A DNA stretch of 64,000 bases from Octopus sinensis (GCF_006345805.1 NC_043003.1:97278001-97342000), one strand, 5' to 3'. Positions 24,290 through 37,871 are shown, counted from the first letter of the stretch. The notes: a model not told the origin generated them from the sequence alone. Made by a program: numbers and translations.

Positions 24290-25660
24290 AAGGCTCTTAA
24301 GGGTATTCCCAACACGTGAATCGAGGATAAGTACCAGTTATTGACGCCTTTTATTGACATGTTAAACAGAACTGGAGAAGAATACAAATACTATGCTAAT
24401 GCAATCGACCGTCTTTTCTGAATGGATGACATCAATTTCTTTACTGCAAATGATAAAGAACTGGAAACACAAGCAGCACGTAGATTTACCAGAGAAATTT
24501 ATGCAAGATTCAGATTAGAAAAATGCACCAAAGCAACCTTGAAGAGAGGGAAATGAATTAAATGCACTAATCACATGTTAGATAAAGAAACTGAGATAGG
24601 AGAATTAGAGCAAATATAGTTGTATAAATAGTCAGGAATCAATGAATTACAGCGTAATGAATTACACAAACGATTAGGAAGGAATGTTATAGATGCATTA
24701 GATTAATAATTAAAACAGAGTTAAATTCTTTTTAAAAAAAAGGTAAAAACAACCAATACTCTAGCTATCACAGTAATAAGTTAGAGTTATATTTTCAATC
24801 AAATGCTAAACGAACTGACAAGACGAGAGAGAAAATCAATAAAATAATGACCGCATTTTTATACACCATGTGAAATTCGATATAGAAAGATTGTATTTCC
24901 CACGAATATAGGGTAATAGGGACCTTATGCAACTAGAAATCTGGTATAAAATATCCACTGTAGGACTTTTAAAATATCTATAAAGAAACATGGAAAATAA
25001 ACATCATTAAGGCAAAAAAAAAGCTGTGTTTAGTCTTGAAGGAAATCAACAAACTCAGAATAGAGGCTACAATCAAATAGTCATGAAGAAAAAAGGAGAA
25101 TCAACAGAAAAACTTGTGAAAAGGATAAAATCTAAGCTAATAACATGGCTACAGAATGCCATGAAAGAGCAATGGCAAGAAAAGTTCCTACATGCCCAAC
25201 GCCTCAAAAGAAAAATGAAGAGTAAAAGTAGACAAGGAAAAGTCGCAACACTGGCTGATAAGCATGGGGATCAATGCTCAGACTGAAAAATTTTTTGCTG
25301 AAGAATTTTGGGCTGAAAAGCTTTTGACTGCGGCACAAAATCAAAGTCTCATCACAAGAAACCACCAAAAGCAGTTAATAAAGAATACATTTACTGCAAA
25401 ATATACGGAGACAAGGAAGAAATAATTGACCATATTGTACCATATTGCCTCTGGCTATCCAATCTTAGCCGAGAAAGAGTACTTCCACAAGGCATACCAG
25501 ATTTGGAGCCTATATACACTGGAAGTTACACCAGCGCACCGGAAATCAAACGCAGAAAAATATTTATAAGTATCTGAAAAGGCTCCAAGGATGACAAAGT
25601 AAACACTCAAGAATATACCAATACAGAAACAAAAAGTGACCATTTACGCTCCAGCAGGAG
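24290..25660 (+). mobile_element. Decayed Dong/R4-clade LINE (RT and zinc-knuckle region)
   Basis: LF*MDDINFF, RFRLEKCTKATLKRGK, LYFPR..G.R.LMQLE, AAQNQSLITRN, EIIDHI..SG.PILA motifs. Confidence 0.72.
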
Positions 25661-26625
25661 AAAGCAGGCAGGATGTCTTTCGATGCCAAGAGACATTCAC
25701 AGGAACATCTCACTCGTTAGCGTTGGTGGATGATTAGAATGACATTTTGGATGTACTCAGGGTCTGTGTGAAGTATCCATTAGGAGAAGGAAGTGCAAAA
25801 GCCTCGCAAACTATCTAAAGCACTTCCAGCTACTTGACAGGTTTTGCGTTGATTTTGTAAATGTGCCATGTGGAATTGGACAAATCGTACCGAGTCATCA
25901 AGATTATATTTATGTTAGTCCGGGTCGTATTTAGAGTTATTTAGATCGTATTTGAATCAGCACAAACTGATTAGATTTCCATTTTAGTTGAACAGAGTTT
26001 CGGGTAGCTGGCTACACGGAACATATTCATGACGTGCATGCTCAACTTAGGCCAAACCAATCGAAAGAGAAATATGGTTGTTGGAAAATGAACACGTCCT
26101 TTCTGATACGGAAAAATTTCAAGAGAATTGTGTAAGAACTAGAACTAGTTAAACAGAAACAGCGGGGGTCACCATACAGAGGTGATAGGTCATGCCAAAT
26201 AGAAAATTTGTGTAGCATTGATTATATTTGACAAGGAAATCGCTTCAGAAAATAAGACGTTGTCTCCTTTCTGTCGCCAATCTATTAATTATATTTGCAT
26301 ATTTGAGGTATTTAGGAATGGCTGTTTTCTGTAAATTGATTAACGATGCCAAATACTATGGTTATATTGGCCCTTGTTTATAGTCGGAGTCTTTTTAAAC
26401 ACACTAATACAAACGAAGATGCAAGTTCCATTTTTACTGATCTCAGTCAAGATGTCGATAAATTTGACTTTACAAAGAATATACTGTACTACTATCCATA
26501 AATGTTTTCCGCTGAAAAACATCACAATTCACACGTCAAATCAAACATGCGGGCATGATTAATAAATTTGTCTCTATTTTTATAGCCTCCCATTATCAGT
26601 AAATGTTTTACTGTTTTCTATACAC

Positions 26626-27012
26626 TAAGGCGCAGGAATGGTTGTGTGGTAAGTAGCTTGTTTACCAGCCACATGGTTCCGGGTTCAGTCCCACTGCGTG
26701 GCACCTTGGGCAAGTGTCTTCTACTATAGCCTCGGGCCGACCAATGTCTTGTGAGTGGATTTGGTAGACGGAAACTGAAAGAAGCCCGTAGTATATATGT
26801 ATATATATGCGTGTGTTTGTGTTTGTCCCCCTAGCATTGCTTGATAACCGATGCTGGTGTGTTTATGTCCCCGTTACTTAGCAGTTCTACAAAAGAGACC
26901 GATAGAATAAGTACTGGGCTTACACAAGAATAAGTCCCGGGGTCGAGTTGCTCGATTAAAGGCGGTGCTCCAGCATGGCCACAGTCAAATGACTGAAACA
27001 AGTAAAAGAGTA
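26626..27012 (+). mobile_element. SINE A
   Basis: Family consensus match. Confidence 0.9.
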
Positions 27013-27204
27013 AAGAGAGAGTAATTATCAACACTAAACGCTTTTCTATTTGTCGACTTCTAAAGCGGAACCCTTCTCTACGTGTACTGAAAGAAAGGAA
27101 AATGCAGCCTACAAAGTTCTCTACTAACTGACAAACATCCCAATTCTCAACCAACTCAAATATGCAGACATGATAATGAAATTTAACACTAGGAATGCTA
27201 TAAA

Positions 27205-27434
27205 GGCGGCGAGCTGGCAGACACGTTAGCACGCCGGGCGAAATGCTTAGCGGTATTTCGTTTGCCGTTACGTTCTGAGTTCAAATTCCGCCGAGGTCGA
27301 CTTTGCCTTTCATCCTTTCGGGGTCGATTAAATAAGTACCAGTTACGCACTGGGGTCGATATAATCGACTTAGTCCCTTTGTCTGTCCTTGTTTGTCCCC
27401 TCTATGTTTAGCCCCTTGTGGGTAGTAAAGAAAT
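27205..27434 (+). mobile_element. SINE B, full length
   Basis: ggcggcgagctggcaga head, ggtagtaaagaaat end. Confidence 0.9.
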
Positions 27435-28312
27435 ATATATGGTTAGACCATCACCAAATGCCTTTTGCTTCCTGCAAATTGATTAATGACACCAAATGTT
27501 ATATCTATATAAGCTACCAATTAAGTTGAGGATTTTACATATAGCAATGCATACAAAATATAACAACCAATCCAGTTTCTATGCTTACTCAAAAGCGCCC
27601 CGATTTCCAGTCGAACCAAACATGCTAATATCACTGTTAGATTTGACGCAACTAATAATATGTATGTTAATATAGTCCTATTAACACTTAATGTAGTTTT
27701 TCCTTTAAATTGATTGATAACACCACATTTGCTGCCATTTAATGTCAAGCTCTTTTATATATAAATTGATACAAACGAAAATGCAACCTACTCGATTTTC
27801 ATTCTTTGTAAAAAAAATCCTTAATTACCAATCAACTCAGCCATGCAGAAATATTTAATAAATTTAGTCCTACTGACGGTAGAGAGTCATAACATCATTT
27901 GTTTTGCTTGTTTGTTTTTAATTATATAATTTGATTTGCAACACTAAACACTGTATTTGCATTGAAACGAATGAAAATGCAAAGTATCCAATTTCCCATC
28001 TCACTGAAAAACTTACAAATTTCCCAGTCTGCCCAAGCATGCACACATGATTAATAAATTTGACTATTAGTAGCCTCACATCATTAAATGATTTTTATGT
28101 GTTCTATAAATTGTTTAATGACTCCAAATGCATTTACATTAGCTACCATTCAATATCGAGCTCTTTTACATATCAACTGACACAAACGAAAGCGTTACCT
28201 ACGCAAGTTCCATTCTTACTGAAATATATCCCAATTCCTAATCAACTCCAACATGCAAATATATTTAATAAATCTGACACTATACAAGAAAAGAGTCCTG
28301 TTTTTATGTAAT

Positions 28313-28709
28313 ACTAGCAGTATCGCCCGGCGTTGCTCGGGTTTGTAAGGGAAATAACTATAAAGCATTTTTAGAGAGTTATAGCAAAAAAGTAGCAAAA
28401 AAATGCATTAAAAATGGAAAAAATATGATGGTAAATTTTTTTTTTAAATCGTTGACTCATCGTAGACATTTTTAGAGAGTTACTTCCCTTATATTTAAAA
28501 AATATGCATTAAAATGGAAAAACATTATGGTAAATTATTTTTAAAATCGTAGACTCATCGTAGACGCGCGCTAATACCCAGAAGGGCTCGATATGAATCA
28601 CGACTATAAGATACCCGGTTTTGGTTAAATTGCACCGCAAAATGTGGGAGTAGTTAGGAATCTAAATCAGAGTAGACAGACACACAACCTTACTTTTATA
28701 TATAAAGAT
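28313..28709 (+). mobile_element. Non-autonomous Helitron/Helentron(HINE)-like element
   Basis: Starts actag..cgcccggcgttgctcggg (hairpin), has two ~100-bp internal tandem units (28366-28565) and a GACA tract, ends cttttatatataaagat. Confidence 0.6.
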
Positions 28710-29901
28710 GACTGACAACATAAAGTCTACATTTGTATTAACTCCCTTTTAAAGTGAAGTTCTTCTCTAGATAGACTGAAGCGAACGAAAAGGCAATGCG
28801 TCCGGTTTCCGATCTCACTTAAAACATTCAAATTTCCAGTTAACCTAAGCTTGCAAACATGATTAATAAATTAGACTATTATTAGTCTAAAGCCTTATTA
28901 GAAGTAAATCATGTTGCTGATTCTATATATTGTATAACGACACCAAATACTTCATTTACATTGATTCTTTCTTATAGTGGAGGTTTTCTTTAAATGCGTT
29001 GATACTATCGAAAATTTAACCTCCACAAACTCCATTCTCACCGGAAAACATTTAAAATCTCATACATGTTCATAAATTTAACTCATCATTAGTGAATATT
29101 TTTGTTACTTTCTATATGAATTAATTCACACCAAATACTACTACATTTATATTGGTTGACCTCTTCAATATTTGTATTAATTCAAACGAAAATGCACTCT
29201 TCCTAAGTCCCATTCTCACTGCACAATATCTCGATTCCTAATAAACTCAAACACGCAAACATAATTATTAACTAATCTGATTCCTTTGATACTACAGACG
29301 TCTAACCTCTGTAAACAAGATGGAAGTTTATATAGAAACGGACGAAGTATAGATAGAAATAGAAAATAGAGAAGTGGATGAAGTAATACAAAATTAATGA
29401 GGGTGATGGAAGAAGAAATATGGATAACACAGAGAAATAGAATAGATACGGGAGAAGAGCACGTAATAGAAATAGAAGAGGACGATATGGAAACAGAAGA
29501 GGAAAATAGGAAGAAGGAAGAAACACATTGAATAAAAAGATATAAAAATAGAAACTGAAGTAAAAAGAGAGGTAGAAGGGACAGAAATAGGCGAAATAGA
29601 ATCAGGATAAATAGACATAGAAGGAAAATAGCAATTGACGATGATCATGATGATGATGTGGTGGTGGTGGTGGTTAGGAGGAGAAGGGGAACAGGACAAG
29701 AAGGAAGAGGACGAGAAGGCAGAGGAAGAGGAATGAAAGGATTGAGAGTGGATGTATGGATGCTGCGCTGACGATTTGGGACGGTTGATTGAACATTCCA
29801 CCTGCTTTGGCGACAGTATATTTTTGGCACTGGCGGCAAACACACACACACACACACACACACAAACGCATGCGCGTAGAAATATACACAAAGAGACAGA
29901 C

Positions 29902-29988
<87 letters not shown>

Positions 29989-30169
29989 CAGACACACATT
30001 ATAATTTATTAAACAAAGTTGACATTAGCACTCATACACATAAACAGAGAGGCGAAGAGGACAAGAGAACCATTAAAACGTCTAATATCAAATAAATCAA
30101 TGTCGAATTTGCGACGCCAATGAGGCGACACCAAAACAGCTGTGTAAAACAGCTATGCCAAAACATCTT

Positions 30170-30385
30170 ATACCCTACTGGACGCCATGACAGATCGTTA
30201 GCTACTACACGCATTTTTTTCTCTCCTTGTTTTTTTCTGTGTATCTTTCTGTCGAAGAGCGTAGGTTCGAAACGCAAAAGACTTTTTCTATTCCTGAGCA
30301 CTATACTAATACATTTGTTTGTTTGTTTGTACTACACCTGCCTTCGTCTTTTGTTTATTTTCGTAAACGTTCCCTTTATACCCTA
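30170..30385 (+). mobile_element. Short Penelope-like terminus (family E1) with a degenerate minimal hammerhead at 30244-30281
   Basis: UCUUU-CUGUCGA-A-GAGCguagGUUC-GAAACGCA-AAAGA; homologous to 7140-7330. Confidence 0.55.
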
Positions 30386-31987
30386 CTTCCTATGTTTATG
30401 GCGTTCACTGACAGGATATACTTATAGTAAGGTGGAGTTGTGGTAAGTAGTCACCCACATCAATGTAGTATTCAGAATTAAATTACTCGGGCCTGATATT
30501 ATGTGTACGAACATTAAAAATGACGGTAGGTGTATATCGTAGCACAAAAGGGCGTTGAAAGTGTGTCAGTTAAAAAAGGGAGAGACGACGATAGTTTAAA
30601 ATGTTGGAGAAGTACTGATTTGTTTCTTTTCTTTCAATTACTATATCATCAGCCATGTTTATTGTTTTATCTAGTTCTGGGTTTTGGTGGGGGGATGTTT
30701 TTTTTTTAGATCATATTTCACATACTGCTATTTTGTCGTCTTTTACCTTTTCTTGTAATTCTTTTGCTTTTATCCTTGTTTCCAAATTTTCTCTATTTCC
30801 ATTTCTTTATTTTTATTTGCAATTTTTTTTTACTTCTATCAATTTTAGTTCAGTTTCAATTCTTTTTTTTCTTCTTTTTATTTTTCTCTTTCAATTCCTT
30901 CCATTTATCTTCTTATTTCTTTCCTCCGATTTCTACTTTTTGTGCTTTTTTTTTTTTTTTAAACTTCAGTTTCTTCGAAAGAAATAGATCTCATGCGAGA
31001 CGAATTAGAAGTGCTGGAAATTTAAGAATTAGAATAAATAGAACCGAATAATCAGAAATACAGTAAAGAGAAATATAATTAGAAACAACCTTTCTATGTA
31101 CATATTTCTTTTTCTATATTTTCTTTCTCACTTCTATTTCTATTTTCATTCTGTCTAGTTCTATTTTTCTTAGTGATTCTATTTTGTCTATATTTGTAGA
31201 GCTCTATTTTTATTTTATCTGTTTTAAATTATTTCTTGTTCTATTCCTATACTACAAATATTTCTGTAATCTTGCTATTTCTCTTCACCTATATCAATAT
31301 CATCTGTCTCGATGTCGTTCGTTTCTTTCTGTAACGATATGGTTAAATTAACAATGATGGTAGGGCTTAAAGAAAAACAAGGATATCATCGGTTTTATTG
31401 ATATAAGTTGAAAATAGAATACGACGGTTCCAAGAAAAGAAACCAATGTCGGAAAATGAGACTAACGTTGTGGTCTGATTCTATGCTCGTCTTGATGATT
31501 TAACTGGACAGTTTGTGTATTTGTGTGTAGATGAGAAAGAGTTCGAAAGAATGAATATGTGTCCCTTGCCATTTATAGACTAGTAGCAGTTTAGTCCATT
31601 CACATCGTCCGATTGTCAACAGCGTTTGATGTGACGCATGACTGCGTTTGTTTCTCTCTAGTCCATCAGTCACAGTCGTGGACTGAATTTGTGTGACTGA
31701 GTAACCATATATCTCTTTTTCGCTCCTTCCTTTATATAAACTCGGCTAAATCAAAGTTTGAATGATTTACAATCAACTTTTGATTCGTTAATGATTTTGT
31801 TGATGTCAGTCAACAAAAACATAAATTTAATGTGGTTGCTGGGAGTCAATTGGTTGTTGTAGTTTTTTGATCGGTGGGGGAGTCATTACGACGTCACTCA
31901 GTTTTAAAGATTCAGTTTGTGCTTACGAAAATCTTCCAATTGTAAAGACAACAGACAATAGGCTGAAATTCTATTTCGATTTCTTCC

Positions 31988-32149
31988 ATAGGAGTGGCTG
32001 TGTGGTACGTAGCTTGCTTACCAATCACATGGTTTCGGGTTCAGTCCCACTGCATGGCACCTTGGGCAAGTGTCTTCTACTATAGCCTCGGGCCGACCAT
32101 AGCCTTGTGAGTGGATTTGGTAGACGGAAACTGAAAGAAGCCCATCGTA

Positions 32150-32182
<33 letters not shown>

Positions 32183-32400
32183 GCATGTGTGTGTATATGT
32201 TTGTGTGTCTGTGTTTGTCCCCCCAACAATGCTTGACAACCGATGCTGGTGTGTTTACATCCCCGTAACTTAGCGGTTCGGCGAAAGAGACTAATAGAAT
32301 AAGTACTGGGCTTACAAAGAATAAGTCCTGGGGTCGAATTGATCGACTAAAGGTGGGGCTCCAGCATGACCACAGTCAAATGACTAAAACAAGTAAAAGA
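31988..32400 (+). mobile_element. SINE A
   Basis: Family consensus match. Confidence 0.9.
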
Positions 32401-32592
32401 GTACTATATCGTCTGCTGTCTCTGTTCCTTCATGTTTTCTTTTCTCTGATCCCCTTGTTTCATCTTCCCTTTCTTTATTTTTATTTCGTTTATGTCCCAA
32501 GTTCGATCCAGTTGCGTCGCATCTTGGATAAATGTCGACCCGAGTTGATCCATACTTCCTGAGTCGAATTAGGTTGACAGACTCTGTTCCTT

Positions 32593-32822
32593 CGGCGAGC
32601 TGGCAGAAGCGTTAGCATGTCGGGGCGAAATGCATAGCAGTATTTCGTCTGCCGTTACGTTTTGAGTTCAAATTCCGCCGAGGTCGACTTTGCCTGTCAT
32701 CCCTTCGGGGTCGATTAAATAAGTACCAGTTATTCACTGGGGTCGATGTAATCGACTTAATCCCTTTGTCTGTCCTTGTTTGTCCCCTCTATGTTTAGCC
32801 CCTTGTGGGCAATAAAGAAATA
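32593..32822 (+). mobile_element. SINE B; a partial minus-strand copy follows at about 32850-32910
   Basis: Family consensus match. Confidence 0.88.
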
Positions 32823-33046
32823 AGACTGTTCCTTCGGTTTCTTTGTTTCCTCTGGTACTTAATTTATCGACCCCAAAAGGATGAAAGGCAAAGTCGACCT
32901 CGGCGGAATTTGCATTATATATATATATATATATATACATATATATAAAGTTAATCCAAACAAGAAAACAAAAACAAAAAAACAACAACGCAAGGACGTG
33001 GAACAAATAAAGTATTATTGGACGCTCAGGAAAGAAGGGAAGGAGG

Positions 33047-33081
33047 GTTTGACGTTTCGAGCGGAGCTCTTCGTCGGAAAC
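33047..33081 (-). ncRNA. Minimal type I hammerhead motif within the E2 element (32945-33100)
   Basis: GUUU-CCGACGA-A-GAGC ucc GCUC-GAAA-CG-UC-AAAC: 4-bp stem I, U4C core variant, ACGU palindromic stem III, GUC triplet. Confidence 0.6.
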
Positions 33082-33107
33082 ATAGAAGGAAAGATCCCGA
33101 TATATAT

Positions 33108-33166
<59 letters not shown>

Positions 33167-33767
33167 GTATGTATGTATACGTCTACCAAATCCACTCACA
33201 GGGCTTTGGTTGGCCCAAGACTATATATATAGTACAAGACACTTGCCCAAGCTGCCACGCAGTGGGATTGAACCTGGAACAATATAGATGGGAAACACAC
33301 CCACACTTCTCTTTTTCCTATTTCTTTTCCTACTCTTTTTATATCCTCATCTTCTATTTTCGTTTTACATTTCTACGTCCAATTGTGTTTTTACTTCCTT
33401 CTTATTTCTATTTCTTCTTACATATTCCTTCTACACTTATACTTTTTTTCATTCGTTCTTCCCTTGAGATTTCTTCACCTTGTATCTCGTTCTTCTGTTT
33501 CTTTCTGAATGTCTACTATTTTCCGTTACCTGCAGCCGTTCCCTTTGTTTGTATTTCTTTGCTTCTACAACTGTTCCTCGTATTATATTTTAATTTCCTT
33601 TTTTTTATTCCTTCTTCTTCTTGTTCTATTTAATACAATTCTGGTATTCTTTATTTCTGTTTCTTCCGAACAAACAGAAATAGAAAAAATACGTAGAGAA
33701 ATAGGAGGGGATGTAATAGAAGACTAAATTCAAAAGGAAGCACTACATAACTGTGTATGCATTTTAT

Positions 33768-34136
33768 TCTTTTATTTGTTTCAGTCATGTGACTGCGGCC
33801 ATCCTGGAGCACCGCCTTTAGTCGAATAAATCGATCCCAAGACTTATTCTTTGTGAGCCTAGTACTTATTCCATCGGTCGCTTTTCCCGAACCGCTAAGT
33901 TACGGGGACGTAAACACACCAGCATCGGTTGTCAAGCGATGGTGGGGAAAAAAACACAGACACACAAACATATATATATACGACGGGCTTCTTTCAGTTT
34001 CCGTCTATCAAATCCACTCACAAAGCTTTGGTCGGCCCGAAGATATAGTAGAAGACACTTGCCCAAGGTGCCATGTAGTGGGACTGAACCCGAGACCATG
34101 TGACTGGTAAGCAAGGCTACAGCCACTCCTGCCCCT
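33768..34136 (-). mobile_element. SINE A; a more diverged copy follows at about 34258-34520
   Basis: Family consensus match. Confidence 0.88.
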
Positions 34137-34727
34137 GTGTATGTATGTACGTACGTACGTACGTACGTGTGCATGTGCGTTTGTATGTATGTATTATGCA
34201 TGTGCGTATGTAGGTACGTACGTATAGACGTTGACATGGCTGTATGAACCCCTGAAGAGTACTTGTTTCTTTCAATCTGGTACTTATTCTATCCGAGCCA
34301 CTAAATTACGGGTACATAAACGGACCAGCAACGGTTGTCAAGTGGTAGGAAGTGGGACAAACACACACACGCACGCGCGCGTATGTGTGTGTGATTGGCT
34401 TCCACACACTTTCCGTCAACCAAATCTACTCACAAGGGATTAGTTAGCTCGGGGTTATAGTAGGCAAGACTTTCCCAAGGTGCTGTGCAGTGAGTCTGAA
34501 CCGGATACTACGTAGTTGCGAATTACTTGGATATTCATGAATACACTTACTTGACTATCTAGGTATAGCAGTTAAATTCTGCGATAGGTGACCTTAGTTG
34601 TTAATGGTGTCTACAGTGGTTAAGATAAAGAAAGAGTTCAAAGCAACAGTGAAATATGAACACCAAATGAAGATTTGCAGAAATTAATATCGTAGATGTG
34701 CTTAGGGAAACGATGCTAAGTTATCAA

Positions 34728-35330
34728 TGATATGGCTGTGTAGTAAGACGTCTGCTTCCCAACCACATGGCTCCGGGTTCAGTCTTCTTGGGGGAATTAC
34801 AACCGTGTTTCGTGGTCTGCTGCCACAACAGCTCCTTTATATGATCCAGTTAGCTCAAGACATCATCGGGAGGAACCACGTCCGGTTTTGGCCCCTACTC
34901 CTCTACCGTTTTGACGTGATGGGGCCCTTACTTTCGGAGGTGTCTTCAGCTCTGGTGTTGGGTGCATGTCTTCTTTCTTCTGTTCCCTGGCCTCTTCGAT
35001 GTATCGTCAGTGAGTGTCAGCCGGTGACTGACTGTCTTATCAAAATTTTCCCTTTAAAATACCTGCCGCATAGGCTCCGCATAGCATCGGGCCGACCAAA
35101 CATTTTTGAGTGAATTTGATAGACGAAAACTAAAAAAACAGCCCGTCGTAAATGGGTGTGTCTTTGTGTCTGTCTGCGCCCCCACCCCACCTCCCAGGAC
35201 AAGTGCCAGACTGTAAAAAGGAATAAGTACTGGGGTCAATCTGTTCGACTAAAACCCTTTAACGTGGTGCCCCAGCATGGCCACGGTCTAATGGCTGAAA
35301 TAAATAAGAGATAAAAGATAAAGCATAGCA
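34728..35330 (+). mobile_element. SINE A carrying the nested 289-bp element copy 2 (34790-35078)
   Basis: The SINE head stops at cagtcttct and resumes at atagcatcgggccgacc. Confidence 0.8.
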
Positions 35331-35869
35331 TAAGTGGCTTGCGGATCTAAGAACTTTTGGACGGTTGCGAGGAAGTTGATTTAATTGGCACGAATAAATT
35401 ACTGGTATTTTATTGTCAGAGATATACAAAGTAAAATAGATTCTGGCATAATGTGCATTTAAAACAAAAACACTAAATCCCGTAAATAATTTAGTCAAGG
35501 GATTGTACCATATCAGATGCAGTGAGGTAACAAAAAGAGAAGAAAAGTAAAGAAATATTAAGCCAATGATTAATTCTGGTACATGTAAGGGAGACGACTC
35601 AGCTCTTCCACCATAATCAGAAGTAAAATAGCATTAGCCTAACATCTAATTAAGACAAAAAGAGGGGGAACGACTCCAAAGATCTCCAAAATGAAGCACA
35701 GTCTGACATGCAACTAAAAATGTCTAAACTCATCTACCCAGAGATCAAATAAATAAGAAATAAAATAAGTAATAATCCATCGCAATTTCGAATTCATTTA
35801 TCTTAGACTTATAAAATCCTTCAGTAATTTAGAAATACTGCAACTTAGAAGCATCAATGTTGAAAGATA

Positions 35870-37392
35870 CAGTGGGGGGGGGGCGGAAATAAATATTCGT
35901 ACATGTCAAAATTCTTTATTTATTTAATTTCTAATGAACATAAATGGGATATACCAATACTATATTTGCATACACATGCATAAACTAAGAATATGCAAAA
36001 GAAACTAATAAATTATAGTAACTAATGAATTTATATACAATTATAAATATTTAGGGGTGCAAAAAGTATTCATACAGAATAAATTTATGATTTTCTATGC
36101 CACAAAATACTGTTAAAATAATTTTTTTTTACTAGAATTTTCTCGTTTGTTCCAATAATCTTATCAGTTGTCCTTTTTAAGTGTCAAAATACTAGCTTCT
36201 TCATTCAGCATTGAGACAACATAAAGTAGTATCGTAATAATGGCGAAAAGTAAAGAACTCACAAATTCAGTGAAAAACTTTATTACTGAACAGTGGAAAG
36301 CAGGTAAAAGTTACAGGAAAATATCATAGACCCTTTGTATTCCATTTTTTACCATATCTTCATTTATTCATTTATTCAAAGATATTAAAAAATCGGGAAC
36401 TTTAAGAAAATTGAAGCAAAGAATCGGAAAAAAACACAATGATCACCAGAAAGGAGTTGCAAGAAGATTTGTTAAATTCAGGGACTAGTGTTACACTACG
36501 AACAATCAGCAAAGAACTTCATAGGAATGAACTGAAATCACACTCTCCTAGAAAAACTCCGCTGTTGACTAAAAGGCATAGAGATGCTCATTTAAAATTT
36601 GCTTATGAACATAAAGATAAATCTGATACATTCTGGGAAAATGTTCTATGAACAAACAAGTCGAAAATTGAATTGTTTGGACGAAATTTGCATAGCCATG
36701 TTCAGAGGAAAGATGGTACTGCCTATTCACCGTAAAACACAATTACTACCATAAAGTTTGGAGGTGGCAACATCATGGTGTGGGGCTGTTTTTCTGCAAA
36801 TGGTACTGGCAATTTACATGTGATAGATGGTAGAATGAATGTAGAGATGTACCAAAATATTTTGAACAATGATTATGGGACTCTGTAAAAAAGCTCCAGC
36901 TTTGTGAAGGGTGGGTTTTACAACAGGATAACAATCCTAAGCACACAGCGAAGTCTACCAAAAAATGGATTGTCAATCACAATATAAAATTATTAGAATG
37001 GCCAAGCCAGTCACCTGACTTGAACCCCATTGAAAATTTGTGGCATTATTTGAAAATTAAAATTCATTCAAGAGCCCCAACATGCATTGCAGATTTGAAG
37101 AAAATTTGTCAAGAAGAATGGGAAAAAATTCCTAAAGAAACATGCGAGTCATTGATTAAGAACTACAAGAGATTGGTTGAAGTGGAACTGAATAATGGTT
37201 ATGCTACGAAGTATTAAATCAGAATTATCAGTTATTTATGTTCTGTACGAATACTTTTTTCACCCCTAAATATTTATAATTGAATATAAATTCCTTAGTT
37301 ACTATAATTTATTAGTTTCTTTTGCATATTCTTAGTTTATGCAAATTAAATAAAGAATTTTGACATGTACGAATATTTATTTCCCCCCACTG
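35870..37392 (+). mobile_element. Complete but inactive Tc1 transposon with long IR/DR-type TIRs
   Basis: TA|CAGTGG...CCACTG|TA. TIRs about 205 bp (left) and about 150 bp (right). Confidence 0.93.
36240..37217 (+). pseudogene. Tc1 DD34E transposase pseudogene
   Basis: MAKSKEL..., [30 protein letters not shown]-(34 aa)-SPDLNPIE. Stops and frameshifts present; the first Asp position reads N. Confidence 0.92.
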
Positions 37393-37530
37393 TAAATTCC
37401 GATACCTGATTATATGTATTACATGTAAAGTAACAATTAAGAAAGATTGTACTGCTTTTACTTGCGTTAAATATATATCAGTAACAAGACATCAAAGTTC
37501 CTGGTCAAACACAGAATCAACAGTGTCATA

Positions 37531-37871
37531 TAAAGGCTAAAGGTAAAGAGCCCCTTTTGTCATGAATGACCATGAGATTGTACCAAGAAAGTTCCCCTCC
37601 GAGGTAAAAGTCCAGGCAAGGCTGTTTGTGGAAGATGAGTAGTCAACTATGCCTCTCCTCTCCATGCCACCAATGTTATCCAAGGGAAATGAAAAGGCTG
37701 ATACGGCTCGGCACCAGTGACATCGCAACTCATTTCTACAACCGAGTTAACTGGAGCAACAAGAAAAATAAAGTATCTTGCTCAAGAACAAAAAACACGG
37801 CCCAGTCGAGGAATCGAACTCACTACCTCATGGTCATAAGCCCAACGTTCTAACCATTGAGCTATGTGCCT
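37531..37871 (-). mobile_element. tRNA-derived SINE, family E
   Basis: Head aggcacatagctcaatggttag...gagttcgattcc, then cttgagcaagatacttt; simple-repeat tail. Confidence 0.75.

Larger units (their letters stand above)
26330..29290. repeat. Old degenerate ~200-bp tandem array interrupted by three insertions
   Basis: Anchors aaacgaaaatgca at 27773, 27965, 28184, 28784, ~29007 and 29184; catgattaataaatt at 26554, 28046, 28858 and others. Confidence 0.7.

Noticed and set aside
31560-31760. TATA box plus AP-1/CRE-like motifs as a promoter
   Set aside because: Short motifs with no adjacent gene; expected by chance.
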